The translations under genes and the position numbers were made by a program. From NCBI GenBank assembly GCA_951406725.2, contig OX597814.1:83638001-83702000 (forward strand): 64,000 bases of DNA. The letters run 5' to 3'. This document shows positions 36,913 through 50,346 of this stretch, in pieces (position 1 is the stretch's first letter; every line of letters starts with the position of its first letter). This DNA is from Octopus vulgaris (Eukaryota). The notes under the pieces are model-generated. The model did not search any database. It saw only the letters and a list, made by a program, of their open reading frames with translations, and had not been told where the DNA came from.

Positions 36913-39900
36913 TTAAACTGAATATTAAGTACACAAAGTTCGCAAACATCTCTGCCACCCAGAGTATGACAGAATGTAAGCATACTTCTACTTAAAATTT
37001 ACACAAACTTTTTAAAAATCTTTTTACTCAGATCTTTTTTCTAAAGTTATTGTTACTAAATTTGAGCTGAAAATAAGGTTAGCTTCTTCAGTGTAGAGAT
37101 AAAAAGTTTATGTTGAGGATGTATTTGCTCAGTAGATTATATGAGAATTAAGACGCCACATGGATTATTGCTTCATTCAGCTTTTTATTCATTATCTTCA
37201 TCAGCAAATGTATTTGGTAAACATTACTAGCAATGTATTTATAAAGTATGTAGAAAATTTATGTCTCCATACTTGAAGATGGTCAACTGGTTTGATATAG
37301 TTAAACCTCTCACAAATACTGGCTCTTAATTCTGATTTATACAACATTAACTAAGATGTCAATTATTGCAGATAGTTTTCTCTAGATTTGATGCTTGGGA
37401 CGAATGGAAAAGTCTTTGATCTCATCTTGATAAGTAGGAGATAAAAAGAAATTAAATGTCTTATTCAGACACATTTTAAAGCACTAATAGTAAGATATGA
37501 ACTCATGACCCATGAGTCACTTGTCAGTCATTTCAGGCAACTGATTTTAAGACTTTGTGGAAGCTAATCAATCCCATACATTGTTCCATGAACATCATAC
37601 TCAAGTGATTATATCCCTTTTCAATAAATTTGTGACCTCATGGCAATGTAAAATCAATAATATAAATGCCTCCTGCATCATTCTTCAGCTGAGTGTTCCT
37701 AATCTTATGGGCTCATGGGTGTCAGGACCATGTAAAAAGCACCCAGTACACACTGTAAAGTGGTTAGCATTAGGAAGGGCATCCAGCTATAGAAACCATG
37801 CCAAAACAGACATGGAGGCCAGGCAGCTTTCCAGCTGGACAGCTCCTGTCTAACCTATGCAAGCATAGAAAATGGACATTAAATGATGATGACAATGTTT
37901 GCATGGTAGAATCAGTTTGGTTGATTTCAATTATTTCTTCAGTTTCAAATATTTTTATGAATTTTTGGTATCAATAATTGGAGTAAACTGTTTTAAAATG
38001 TGGGTAATTTATTGACACAGAATTCTATGATATATAAAGTCAGGACTACATGATGCATAAAACCTAGAAATTCCATGGAATTCAAGTTTTAATTCTCATT
38101 TAATTGTAACACTTTCATTCTTTGTTAGAACCATGACACACAGAAAGTGTGTTTCTCATTGTCCATTGGGGACGTAACTAAAATTTGTGTAGTTTCAAAC
38201 TGTTACGATGCAAAGTTTGAAAAGCTTCTGTCAAAGCACATATTGTACACAGTCATCTATTCTATAGAATAAGAGACTATGTACAATATTTCATGCATAG
38301 CTTGAGAGAAAGGATAGATGAAAGATGTCAACAAGTAGTGAGGTTAGTTTCAAACAAAAGCAAGCCATGGTATTCTTTTGTGACATTTACTAAATTAGAC
38401 CTTGTAAACTTTCAATAGCCGTGCAGAATTAATAAATAATTTGGGCACTATGTACTTGAAGATGCCAAGGAGGATCAATGAAAACTGAAGTTTACATTTT
38501 TAGAGTTCTTATCTCAGCATATTAACTGGTACCGAAATAAAAGATCAATAAAAAATGCTTTGAAAAAACTGTAGTTAATTCTCAAAGGAAAGAAATTTCA
38601 AACAAGGGCGATAACCAAAGACAAAAGTTACGTTCCTTTAGTTGTAGAGCCGTGTCACATTATTGCTTTCAATTCATACGAACGCTATCTAACTTTATTG
38701 TGTAAGCTCCATCTTCTTAATGGATATTCCAGAGTTTAAGCTCTGAAACAGGAAATAGGTTAGCTGATTCCGATATGCATGCGAAAATAAGTTTTATATA
38801 AAGAATTACAATAAAAAAAAGTACCTGGGGGGGAATAAGAGAGCACTAAATTGTAATTAAACTTTAAAAAAAAAAGACAACGATAAGAGCACGGTTTGCC
38901 ATGTTTACAAAACGTGGTGGACGTTTTAAAAAAGGCAAAGTATTGATTTGAAACATTTACCAGAATTTAGAAATAATTAAATTTCACCAACTTAACTCTG
39001 GACCCTAATTCCGAGGCTTTGTTTCCTTTTTAAATGATGCCTATTTTAGAATGCAGAGGCATAAACCAACATAATTTACATTATGAAAATTTTGTTTTAG
39101 ATCTTGAATCTGTAATATCCTTAATCTAGTAAATGATCTTGAATAATGTAGTATTTTTTAAACTTGATACTGGTAGTAACTGGGTTTATTTTTTCGGACA
39201 GTTGAATGTTTATACTTTTTCAGACTATTAACTTTATGTTTAGGGATGAAAAATGTTTCAATATTTGCATTAAAGCTACATTTCAATCAGTTTGTACTCT
39301 GCCTTTTGATTGGAACCTTATTTCTGAACTAAGCTTAATCGCATTCTTATCATCTAGGTCACTTACACATGTACAATCTGTTTCATGTTCGTTTATTTTA
39401 ATTTGTTTTTCACTAAAGGGAGGTCTACAGAAAAGAACAAAACCTGCAAACATTTCACAGAACAATTTATTGCCACACATAAATACAAACTACATTGACC
39501 TTTTACAGTTAACAACAGCAATGATTATAGACTGTGAGAGAAATACTGCTCTCTGAGTTTACAGCAAGCTATTGGTAAGGCAACATGCAGCTTGCCCAAC
39601 ATATCTGAAAACATTTGTGCCCTCTACATGGTGATGGCAGTTCTTGTTCATGTATCTGTCTTGGCTCAACTAGCTGGTAGGGGTTGTTTGGTGTGGCAAG
39701 AATTGAGACACATATTGCTCAGCTGCCTCAACATACTGCAACAAGCTTAACAACAGCTTTTCATAGGGTACAAGAAGAATAGTCTAGATTAAATCATTTG
39801 ATAGTGTCATGCTGATTGACTGGCTGCATAATTGATCATGTGAAACTATTGTGGTTCGGTCATGATGTCTGACCAGTAACCTAGTGGTTAGGTTCCGAAT

Positions 39901-41279
39901 CACCACTACAGGGTGAAATTGATGATGGGTAATTGTATTATAGTTCTTTGATTATAAAACAAAAAATTATCTTCTATAGCATATAATTTACATTGTTCAA
40001 AACATGTATTCTACCATTTTTGACCATATTGTTTTGACATTAATTAGAGATTTTCAGTGTTCTCTCATTATTTTTAGAAGGGTCATCCTATTTCCTTTTG
40101 TAAATCTACTAAATGTGTCTGGGATGTTCTAATACTTCCATCTCCCAATGACTTAATTAAATGGTATAGTGCTACTATTGAACACTATCCTGGTATTGTG
40201 TTGACCATAGGATTATTTTGTCACTTTTTGGTTAGACTTTTTCAATAATATAGGCTTACAATAAATTATAGCTTTAGAATTATTTATGAGTAGGCATAAG
40301 TGTAAGAAAATATGGTTGGTCTCTATTTTTCAAGAATGCCCTTTTCGGATGATGTACTTCTTGTTTATAAACATTTCTTTTAGATTAGAGAAATGTTTAT
40401 ATGATGTAGACATGTAATAATAATACCATTTTTAATATGGTAGCTATGGTGAAATTCATTGTAAAATTTAGTGGATGCTGGCTTTTAATGCATAGTTGCT
40501 TTAACATTTACTCCTGTGTATTATACCAGTGTGTCAAAGAATGTTAGTTGGTTATTATTTTCCTCTCCATAGTCAGCTGTGTAGATGATTCATGCTTGGA
40601 GCTCATTTGTTCCATTGAAAACTTGACATCTTTCTGATGACAACAAAGTTTTCCTTTATGTACCTGAGTTTTAGCTTGCATTTCTGAAAACTATGTCAAA
40701 GTGTTCATGTTGATATTATTGTTTAGTTCCAGGCTAGCAAACCCCTAATCAAATGCACATTCAAGCCAAAGCTATTTTTAAAAAAATATTTTTGGCCAGT
40801 GTGTTTAGGCTTGTGATTTGAGAGAGATTTAGCTTCTAATTATAGTAATTTGATGATTATTTGGGGACTTTCTTGACCTGTTTGATATTGATGTTTGAAA
40901 TTACTGACAAAAACATCTTGAGTTTCCAAAGTACAATTTTGTGTTACTGTAATGTTTTATAATTGTCAGGTCACAGGCTAATGAAAGCTGCTACTGGTAC
41001 TATGTAAACCAGAACTACTTGTTCCATGATTAAGTAGTCAGTGACTAAACCAGCTCCCCCACTTGAGTATCTTGCTACTCTTGTGAGGAGGGTGTCTAGA
41101 CACCCAGCAGAGCTAAAGACAACACCTGTTGAAGGATAGAGGAGTTCTTTGTTGGCTGATGGTCATCTAGTTGGGGAGAGTAATGGCAAACCACCTCAAT
41201 ATTTCTGCCAAGAAAACGCTATGAGAAAGTCAGAATAAAATTAATGTTATGGCTTCATCCGATGGTAAAACTCATGCTT

Positions 41280-41515
41280 TTGAAGGTGGCAAGCTGGCAG
41301 AAACGTTAGCACGACGGGTAAAATGCTTAGCGGTATTTTGTCTGTCTTTACGTTCTGAGTTCAAATTCCGCCGAGGTCGACTTTGCCTTTCATCCTTTCG
41401 GGGTCAATAAATTAAGTACCAGTTACGCACTGGGGTCGATGTAATCGACTTAATACCTATGTCTGTCCTTGTTTGTCCCCTCTGTGTTTAGCCCCTTGTG
41501 GGTAATAAAGAAATA
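41280..41515 (+). mobile_element. SINE family 1 full-length copy with 16-bp TSD
   Basis: Close match to 1527-1750. Perfect TSD ggtaaaactcatgctt at 41264-41279 and 41516-41531. Confidence 0.9.
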
Positions 41516-43199
41516 GGTAAAACTCATGCTTAATCAGGAAGACTTTCATTGTAGAGTCATCAACACACTGCAAAAAGCATGATACATGACAACAATGAGT
41601 GTTTTATAAGCAAGTTAGTCAACCCCATTCCCCTTCATGCTATTTACTTTGACCAAACTCATAAGGATAAAGTGAGCAAATATCTATGAGAGAAGAAATG
41701 AGAAGTGCTGATTTTCATGTTCAGTGATATATTAGTGACAGAAACGTTATTAAATGGCTACAATAAATATTAACTCATCTGGAACTTACCGTTGATCAGT
41801 GTTACTCATCTGAAACAGTCTGTGGTGTTAAGTGTTAACCAATTACATGTTCATAATTAAATGTTTAAATGTGATATTATTTTATGATTTCTACATTTGG
41901 TATTTAAAGAAGGCATAATGATATACATCTAGGCTGTTAAATTATTTGATCTGATAGCCATTTTAATAAAAAAAAAAACCATAAAACATTTTGTTTTTAA
42001 AATGTTTTATTGCAAATGAGTGGTTTTATTGGGGTTTTTTTTTTGTTTTACTTTTTAAAATGTAAACATTTATACAGAGAATAACAGAATTTCCTAATCT
42101 CATTCAACAGATTGTAAATATGAGAAAATAATTATATCTATGTTCAGTGTTGTGTTAGGAAAGCTTATCTCCCTTGAAGTAATTTATTGCCTGAGAACAC
42201 AAGATTGTTATGGTGATTCTGTAGCATTAAAATACATGAAAGCCTGTTCTTCAGACACAGGAAACAAAGTCTTGTGGGTCTGATGATTTCTTTGAGACTT
42301 TATCTCCAAATAATCTCTTCATAAAAACCCTGTACTTGAAAAATCTTCTCAGAAAAGCCTTATACTTTCAGCTGCAAGAAGCTTGGTAAAATTAAATGAC
42401 CTACTCAAACAATGAATCACCTACAGAGTGTTGAACTCATGACCCAAACAGTGTCAGTTCAGTATTGTATTCTGATAATTTATCTTAAGTTTCAATTCAT
42501 TTTTTGAATTCAAGAATAGAAATACTATGCAAACAACATAAGAAAAGAAACATCCAAGATTTAAAACAAACATTAAACGCCTTGTACAGATCCATTAAAA
42601 CTTACCAAACACAAAAGGTTGTTTTAAATCAATTTTGTGTAAACTATCAAATGTATGTTACTAGTACTTATTTCCTCAAACTTTGAAGATTAAATATCAA
42701 AGTGAATCTTCAAAAGACTTGGGGTAGGCTCACACTATCTCACTTATATTCCTCATTCAACAACTTCTCTCTGTAGCTTTTTCATGACTTGTTCTTAACC
42801 TTGGAGTCCAAGTGTACCAGTATTGATTTAGGTACACTTCTCAACACTAACTTGATTCATATAGATACAATGCATTATAAAAGGCATGAATTCTTCACAC
42901 TTTCTATGTTCCTGGCATTAGTAAATTCTCTGCTATCGGTTTTGTTCCTGACAAGATATATCTGTCATCATGTATCCTATTTAGCTCCCTAATATCATTC
43001 TTTCCACAGATCTTGTCAGTGGCTCATGGTAAACTTACTGTGATGTTATCATTTCTCTATCTTTTTCTTTGCATAATAGATGCATTTGGTATTTTCCAAC
43101 AAAGAACTGTGTGTGTGCATGCATCAGCCCACAGCCTCCCACCTCATTGCTATTTGTTGCATGTGCTGGTACAGACATGTCCTCCATCTCCCACTTGAT

Positions 43200-43448
43200 C
43201 ATCCTACCAGGGCTTTACTCTTATTCAATGCAGCCTTATGGCAGGCTCCACACTACATGGTTGGGTGTGATTGAGGAAGATCTCCAGATGTTCAACATCA
43301 CCTTGGAGGATGCAGAAGGACTGGCACAGGACCAACAGTGATAGGGAGCGCTGGTAGACCTGATCAGCTCTATGCATGATGCTGTCTCTAGGATCACTAA
43401 CCCGGGATGACCCCAACCTCATCAATCAAGAACATGAAGCAAAGCAAG
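43200..43448 (+). mobile_element. RTE-type LINE 3' end
   Basis: GRLHTTWLGVIEEDLQMFNITLEDAEGLAQD; homologous to 14335-14627. Confidence 0.6.
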
Positions 43449-45727
43449 TTAGTACTATTTGAAAATTTCCGTTAATATAGAGATCTTTTAATTTCCCAAC
43501 CATCCATTTACTTATCTTTTGCCAAAATCTGTCTTGTCTTTTAACTTAGTCATTAATAACTAATTAATGCTAAGGTATACATTACTAGAGGAATTTAGTG
43601 TTCACAACCATCATCATCATTTAACATCCATGTTGTCATGGGCTGAACAGTGTGACAGGAACCAGTGTGTTCAAAGACTACATTAAGTTTCAATGTCTGC
43701 TTTGGCATGGTTTTTATGGCCAAATACCCCACCTAATGCCAACCACTTTACAACGTGGAATGGGTGCATTTTTCATGCCACCTGCACTGTTAAGGTCACC
43801 ATGCAGCCTGTCAACTGTCTCATTTATTTACTGAAGTACTAAATCAATATGATTCTCATACTCAGCCGAGTGTTAGGTGTGATTAGTGATGTTTACATTG
43901 TAAATAGTTTAAATTATTTGCATCTCAATTTCTTTTGTACCATTAAAATATTCTCCATATTTGTCTTTGTGTTGCGCTGTCTAACTTTGTGATCACCAGC
44001 AATGATAACTCACACTTAAAAATATACATCATCTTTTATTGTCCGTCTTCCATGCTGGCATGGAATGGACAGTTTGACAGGATCTGGCAATCAGAAGACT
44101 GCATTGAATTCCAATGTCTGCTTTGGAATGGTTTTTATGGTTGGATGCCCTTCCTAATGCGTATACACAAAATCTCGACTGGGTGAATTTTCCATTGGTG
44201 CCTATATTGAACATACAGTGGGTCATTCAACTGAATTCCTACTCATGAAATTAATGTGTTACAATTTGATTTTGGTTAACCTTTGAATTACAGGCACAAG
44301 CCAGAGAGAGAGACAGAAGAAGAATCAACTCCAACATTGGAATGATACTTTATCAATCAATCTCAAAAAAAAAAAAAATGAAAGCAAAGTTGATATCAGA
44401 GCAAAAACAGTCAGAATGTATATTGCAAGGCATCCAACACTTTAACAACCATCAATATACAGACTGTTTTTTATCTACTTAATTACTCATTTGTTTATTT
44501 TATATGAGTAAGAAAGGCAAAATGAGCAGAAAAGGCAAAGAATAGACACAGAAAACACAAACATATTTCATGTCATAAACAGCTAACTTAGATATTAAGA
44601 AAGAGAAAGAGTATGTGTACGTGTGTGAATGTATAAATATATTCTTACCATCTATATGTTTATACATATGTAAATATTCGCACTCAACATCAATAGACAC
44701 ATACATACTTAGATATATGTATGTGTTTCAAGTGGTCATTGAAATAAACTATTGCTGTAGAGAACAGAACAGTGTTATTGCTAACATCAGATTGGAATGA
44801 TTTATCACTATAATCTTTTAACAAATCTATGCCTTGTTTAGGACAGCCTCTTATATCTTACAAATTGGGATAGAATTTCAAATCACTTCTTTCAGTTAGT
44901 GTTGCTGCTGCTGATAATGGTGGTGGTGATAGTGAAGTTGTTTTTTGTCTGAGGTCAGACTTAACTCAGCAAACCTATGATAAAAAGCATCCTAGCCCTG
45001 ACTATCTCATCTTTCTTTTTTCTCAGGCATAGTCAGTCTAGGAGTATACTGTCTAATGCATCCTGTTTTTTTTAAAAGACAAATAGAGTAGGAATGAGTG
45101 AAATGTGACGGCTATTTTTAGCAAGTCTTCTGTCCACATAGAAACTTTCTTTTCTCGATGTTGGTATTAATAATAATGAAGACAATAAAAGGAGAATGAT
45201 AAATGTAATATTGGAAATCATGATTTAAGCAAGAGCAAAAATATTTTAAGATAACATGAGTAATTTACAGGCTACAAAGCAATTGAAATATTCTGTTTTA
45301 GCCTGTAAAATTACTGCACAGTCAACTGTATTGTATGCAAGACATGTAAAAACAATTGCACACTCATTAATTATTAACATTCAACTTCCTTACTTTCATA
45401 AGTGGGACAGATTATCATCATTATTAGTCTCATCAATGTTCTATTATCTGCTGGTAAGGAGTGGGGTAATTCATGTTGAATTGGATTGCATGGGCTTTCT
45501 ATTAAGCATAAACATTACTTGTTTTGATCCTGTGTAATTTGTGTTGACCCAGTATCCCGAGATCTGATCAGACTGTTTTTTACCATGTCTTTTTGGTTTT
45601 CTCTCTCTCTCTTTCTCTTTGTCATGGATATCTTCTAATGATATGGTACTTTTTCACCCATTTAAGAACTTAATTTTCTCTTTAAGTAACATGAAAGATG
45701 TTTGTGAGCTTTCATTTATTAATAGCT

Positions 45728-45972
45728 AAACCTTTAACTGTGAAATTAAATTTCATGCTATTCCAGTAATGATGTTAAATATCTACCAAAAAAATAGAAT
45801 TTGTATTCTCTGCAAGTCATTACCTAAATAAACTTGACATATCCCAACAAAAAATAGTTTCAAATATGATGTTACTCATCATAAGATAGACTGGTATATA
45901 AAACTACCTTCTACAGTTAAGGGTAATGAAATTTAGAATGATTAGATTTCATTTCCACAGTAAAAGAGTTAA
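45728..45972. mobile_element. piggyBac-type MITE
   Basis: Ends acctttaactgtgaaa / ttccacagtaaaagagTTAA. Second copy at 30240-30962. Confidence 0.6.
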
Positions 45973-46570
45973 GTGTGAAAATTAGCCTCACTAGTTTTCT
46001 AGTTTTAAAATAGAGCACTATTAAGTTAATTCAATGACTATAAAAGAGGAATTCAATGCCTTGGGAGATAATTGTGATCAGTTAATCTATAGTGTATTGC
46101 AGTTTAGAAATTTTTAACAGTATGTGCAAGGAAAACTGAATTCTTCCCATAAAAACAAACTTACATGTGTTTGTGGGAGGAATACTTCATTGTGAACCTC
46201 ACCTGTGTTTTGCAAAATACCAGTAATTGCTGCAAGCTGAAATATCAACTGACCCTGCAGAGAAGGATCAGTCATTGGGATGTGAAGGCATATAGCTTAG
46301 TGGTAAGGGTATTGGATTCATGATTGTAAGATTGATGTTTCAATTCTTGGACCAGGCAACGTGTTGTGTTCTTAAGCAAAACACGTCATATCCCATAGCT
46401 CCAGTCTACTCAGCTGGCAAAAATGAGTAATCTTGCAATGGACTGATGTCCCATCAAAGTGCAGAATATATACACCATGAAACTGGGAAACCATCCCTTG
46501 TGAATTGGCATGACTTGAGAAGATAAGAAAAAAATGCAGTCATAGCTATATTAAGAAGATGCTTTAATTT

Positions 46571-46904
46571 AGTTTTACAGAGATGTACTTGCATAGCAAG
46601 TGACCTGATCTGAGATTGTGTGCTAGAACAAAAACAATTACAGCATGGAAGGTGTTTATAAGCCATTTAAGAAACACACAAAAACCGTTAGATTCACTTC
46701 AACATTTAAATTTAATTTGTCAAAATATTTTCGTCGCTTTGAGACCACGACCTGATCACTGACAGCATGGAATTTTGTCAGTAAACAGGTTGCGGTCTCA
46801 AAGTGACGAAAATATTTTGACAAATTAAATTTAAATGTTGAAGTGAATCTAACGGTTTTTGTGTTTCTTAAATGGCTTATAAACACCTTTCACGCTACAA
46901 GTGT
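46571..46904. mobile_element. Palindromic (foldback) Penelope-type terminal-repeat element with two opposed hammerhead-like motifs (family C)
   Basis: Arms of ~115 bp (46648-46764 vs 46776-46890) are near-perfect inverted repeats. Candidate TSD ctttaattt at 46562-46570 and 46905-46913. Confidence 0.7.
46718..46764 (-). ncRNA. Minimal hammerhead-like motif with G3:C8 core swap (GUGAUCA)
   Basis: Minus strand: tgtca-GTGATCA-g-gtcgt(ggtctcaaa)gcgac-GAA-AATATT-T-tgaca. Stems I and II intact; palindromic stem III AAUAUU. Confidence 0.55.
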
Positions 46905-47374
46905 CTTTAATTTTGTGTAATTAACTAAATGTATTTAATCAGAAACTAATCAGTCATGAATAATGTTTAGTCCTAAGTCAGCCCTATTCAAGCAAATCAA
47001 TGGTCAAAGAAAGCCATTCTAGACATGACTATCCTGACTTTCATTCAGATATAGCATTATATCTTGCTCTACATTGTTTAGCATGTACTTGTTTTATAGA
47101 TGGTAGCGTGCAATATGGGGGAGATTTATCTTCTTTTTTAAGTAGATCAAATGTTCACATAGATACTTCCTAGTTGGTTTGTCAAGAATAATACTATTAG
47201 CTTTATATATTTGTTGTGCAAGATTTTTTATGTGAAGTCGTGTGTTGAAACAGACATTGTTGTATTTTGGAATGGTCATTTTGCCAGTTTAGCCAATAAA
47301 AACACACGCACTATATATTTGGTGTTACTTTGCTTCAGTGTAATTTTTTTTTACATTAATCTTAATCTTATTTT

Positions 47375-47418
47375 GGCCAGAGTTCTTTCGTCACACTCCT
47401 GTGACCGCATCAGTGGTC
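47375..47418 (-). ncRNA. Degenerate minimal hammerhead-like motif (family D) downstream of the Penelope ORF
   Basis: Minus strand: gacca-CTGATGC-g-gtcac(aggagt)gtgac-GAAAgaacTC-tggcc. Confidence 0.5.
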
Positions 47419-47989
47419 TTTTGTTTTCTTCTTTCTTATTTGTGTCTTTCCTTACTAACCGTCAGCCATTTTGTATTTCTATTGTATGTGTCTTCATTTG
47501 TGCATGCATATATCTCTATGTGCGTCTATGTTTAGTTAGTGTGTATGTGTGTGGGGGGGGGGGGGAAATGCCTGTAATATTTGTATCTTCTGTTTATATA
47601 CGTTCGTGTAATTTGTTTTTGTTTATTCTTTTTTTTTATTTTGTTCATGTTTACATCCACTTATTATTATTATTATCATTATTATTACGTATGCTTGTAT
47701 GTATGTATAACAACAATACTAGTAATAACAATAATAATAATAATAATAATAATAATATTTCAGAAGTGTTTCAGCAGTGGTCTCACAAAGCTCCTTCTGG
47801 AATTCCTCGTGAGAAGTGCATGAGGTCAGCCATGTCTCAATCTTGTGTATGCTGGTACATCCATAGCACTGCTTCTAAGTTATATATTATACGTGCAGCT
47901 TCCTTTTTTTTCCCTCTTCTCTTTTTTTGTTATAAACAATAGATGAGCATATTATCAAAAATGAACCTACACGTCTCCAGATTTAGCTA

Positions 47990-48494
47990 AATAATATATT
48001 GATTGCCAACCTCCAGCCTGTTGTTAATTTGGGGCCATAGTCTGTGTATGAGTATAGTTTCCTTAATTCTTAAATTACCCAAATTTCTTTCATTGGCCTC
48101 AGCTTTTGTCGGTGTTCCAACATCTGTCTAGATGTTTTCTGAAAGAGGAGGCTCTCATGTTCAGATATTCTTTGGTGCGGACATGTAACGGTCTTGTGCT
48201 ACCCACATAGAACTTGTTGCATTTGTTACGTTGTATTCTATACACAACATTTACCCGCTGGCATAAATCTGTGTCACAGATGGGACAGTTTGTTAGTGTG
48301 CATTGATTGTTGTCCCTTGTTTGTTTCTTTGCGAGGTGTCCTCTCAGACAGGGGCCAGAGTGGGCTAGTTGTATGTCTAGCCTTTCACTTCTTATGGCTC
48401 TTCAGATGGCTGTAGTTATCCTCTCGCTAAAATGGGAAGCATGTGTTGCTGGGTATTAGTCATTTTGGGTACTTAAGCCGATTTACAATGGATC
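47990..48494 (-). mobile_element. Penelope-like element C-terminal part: Cys-rich linker + GIY-YIG endonuclease (pseudogene)
   Basis: Translation PRSIVNR...CTLTNCPICDTDLCQRVNVVYRIQRNKCNKFYVGSTRPLHVRTKEYL (VVY...YVG..R motif). Confidence 0.8.
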
Positions 48495-48897
48495 TAGGTT
48501 TACAGAAAAAAAGTGAAAAAATGCGGATTTTGTTGGGGAAAGAGTAGCGGGGGGTGGGATTTAAAAATTCGATTTTTAGCAATTTTTCAGAATCTCCGTA
48601 TCCGAAAACATGGGGTTTTGGCAAAAAAATTTTAAAAAAACAATAATTTGCAAGAAAATGGGCTGGGGGGGGGGGGCAGGAAAAGTCTTTCCTGAGTTTC
48701 TTCTACAATGCAAGCATGTTATATTTTTATGTGACGCTGTTAACATTAAACAACTCTGACAACAAATGTCAACATGCATTAAAAAAAAAGACACTACTTG
48801 TATCCCAAATATAAATCTCACCAAGAATCAGTTAAGATACAGCTGAGTCTTTGAATTAAAAATAACATGTCTAATGAGTTTCCAAATGGTGTCCATT
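48495..48897 (+). repeat. ~403-bp direct repeat copy A1 (inserted in the Penelope ORF)
   Basis: Near-identical to 49941-50346 apart from homopolymer runs. Confidence 0.9.
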
Positions 48898-49560
48898 AGT
48901 TTTCAATATATCTAGGAAGCATGTAGTGTGGGTCACTTTGTCCTCCATTCTGCTGCACTTGCCCTGGATGCGTGCAAGTTCATTTCTGGCATATCCTGTT
49001 TTGATACCGAGTGGAAGTACTGAATTGTATTGGATGAACATATCTCGACTGGCTGCTTTCCAGTGGAACTCGGTGTGGATCTCCCCTTCTTCCATTGTAT
49101 TCAGTTTGAAGTCAAGTAGTGATAGTGATCCAGTGATGTCAGGATGTTCTATAGTGAACTTTATGTTCATGTCCATGTTATTGAACATCATGAATATTTT
49201 GTCAGCCTCTCCACGGGAGGATGTGAGTATGAGGATGTCATCTACGTACCTGGTGAAGAAGGCGCATGAGCAGCAGATGTTGCGTGCTCGACATTCCAGA
49301 TGGTTCATATAAGTGATGGCTAGTAGGCTTGAGAGATTGGATCCCATAGGGAAACCTGTTGTCTGTTTGTATATGTGTTCCTGGAAAGAGAAATAGGTGT
49401 TGTCCACGATGATGGACAAAAGTTGATGTATATCAGCTGTGGTAAGTTCGAAGCAATGGATGTCAGGCGCTGTTATGCAGTCAGTCAATAGTTTGACTGC
49501 CGAGTGTGCTGGTACTGTGGTGTACACTGAGACATTATCTACAGTAACATTAATGAACAA
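48898..49560 (-). mobile_element. Penelope-like element reverse transcriptase (5'-truncated)
   Basis: SVYTTVP, NTYFSFQEHIYKQTTGFPMGSNLS, RYVDDI, IKFTIE, LSLLD, L..NG(H)P motifs of PLE RT. Confidence 0.88.
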
Positions 49561-49903
49561 TGAGTTTTGCCAAGACTTCCTTCTGCCCCCCCCCCCTCAA
49601 AAACACCCCTTTTTTAATTTAATTATTTTTTCTACACAAACCTCCGTTTTCGCATATGGAGGATATGAATCTGCAAAAAAATTGGCACTTTACCCCCCCC
49701 CCCCACACACACACACACAAAAAATCTTCATTTTCAACTTTGTACACAAGTTATTTTTTTTCAAATACAGAGATTATGATTCTGAAAAGAATTTCCAAAA
49801 ATTTTTGTAAAATTTTTTTTTTTCACAAATTTTTTTTTTTGGTCAAAATATGCAGAAAATATGGAGATTATGATTCTGAAAAAAATTTCCAAAAATTTTT
49901 GAC

Positions 49904-49947
49904 TTAGGGTTAGGGTTAGGATTTTAGGTTAGGATTGGGTTAGGTTT
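49904..49947 (+). repeat. Short interstitial telomere-type repeat (TTAGGG)n, degenerate
   Basis: ttagggttagggttagg attttaggttaggattgggttagg. Confidence 0.75.
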
Positions 49948-50346
49948 ACAGAAAAAAAAGTGAAAAAATGCGGATTTTGTTGGGGAAAGAGTAGCGGGGG
50001 GTGGGATTTAAAAATTCGATTTTTAGCAATTTTTCAGAATCTCCGTATCCGAAAACATGGGGTTTTGGCAAAAAAATTTTAAAAAAACAATAATTTGCAA
50101 GAAAATGGGCGGGGGGGGGGGGGGGCAGGAAAAGTCTTTCCTGAGTTTCTTCTACAATGCAAGCATGTTATATTTTTATGTGACGCTGTTAACATTAAAC
50201 AACTCTGACAACAAATGTCAACATGCATTAAAAAAAAAGACACTACTTGTATCCCAAATATAAATCTCACCAAGAATCAGTTAAGATACAGCTGAGTCTT
50301 TGAATTAAAAATAACATGTCTAATGAGTTTCCAAATGGTGTCCATT
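49941..50346 (+). repeat. ~406-bp direct repeat copy A2
   Basis: Near-identical to 48495-48897. Confidence 0.9.

Noticed and set aside
47211-47942. 243-aa ORF
   Set aside because: Runs through microsatellites and repeat fragments; low complexity.
49904-49947. True telomere, or telomere-associated endonuclease-deficient (Athena-type) PLE
   Set aside because: Only about 3 good repeats, interstitial, and the neighbouring PLE has a GIY-YIG endonuclease.
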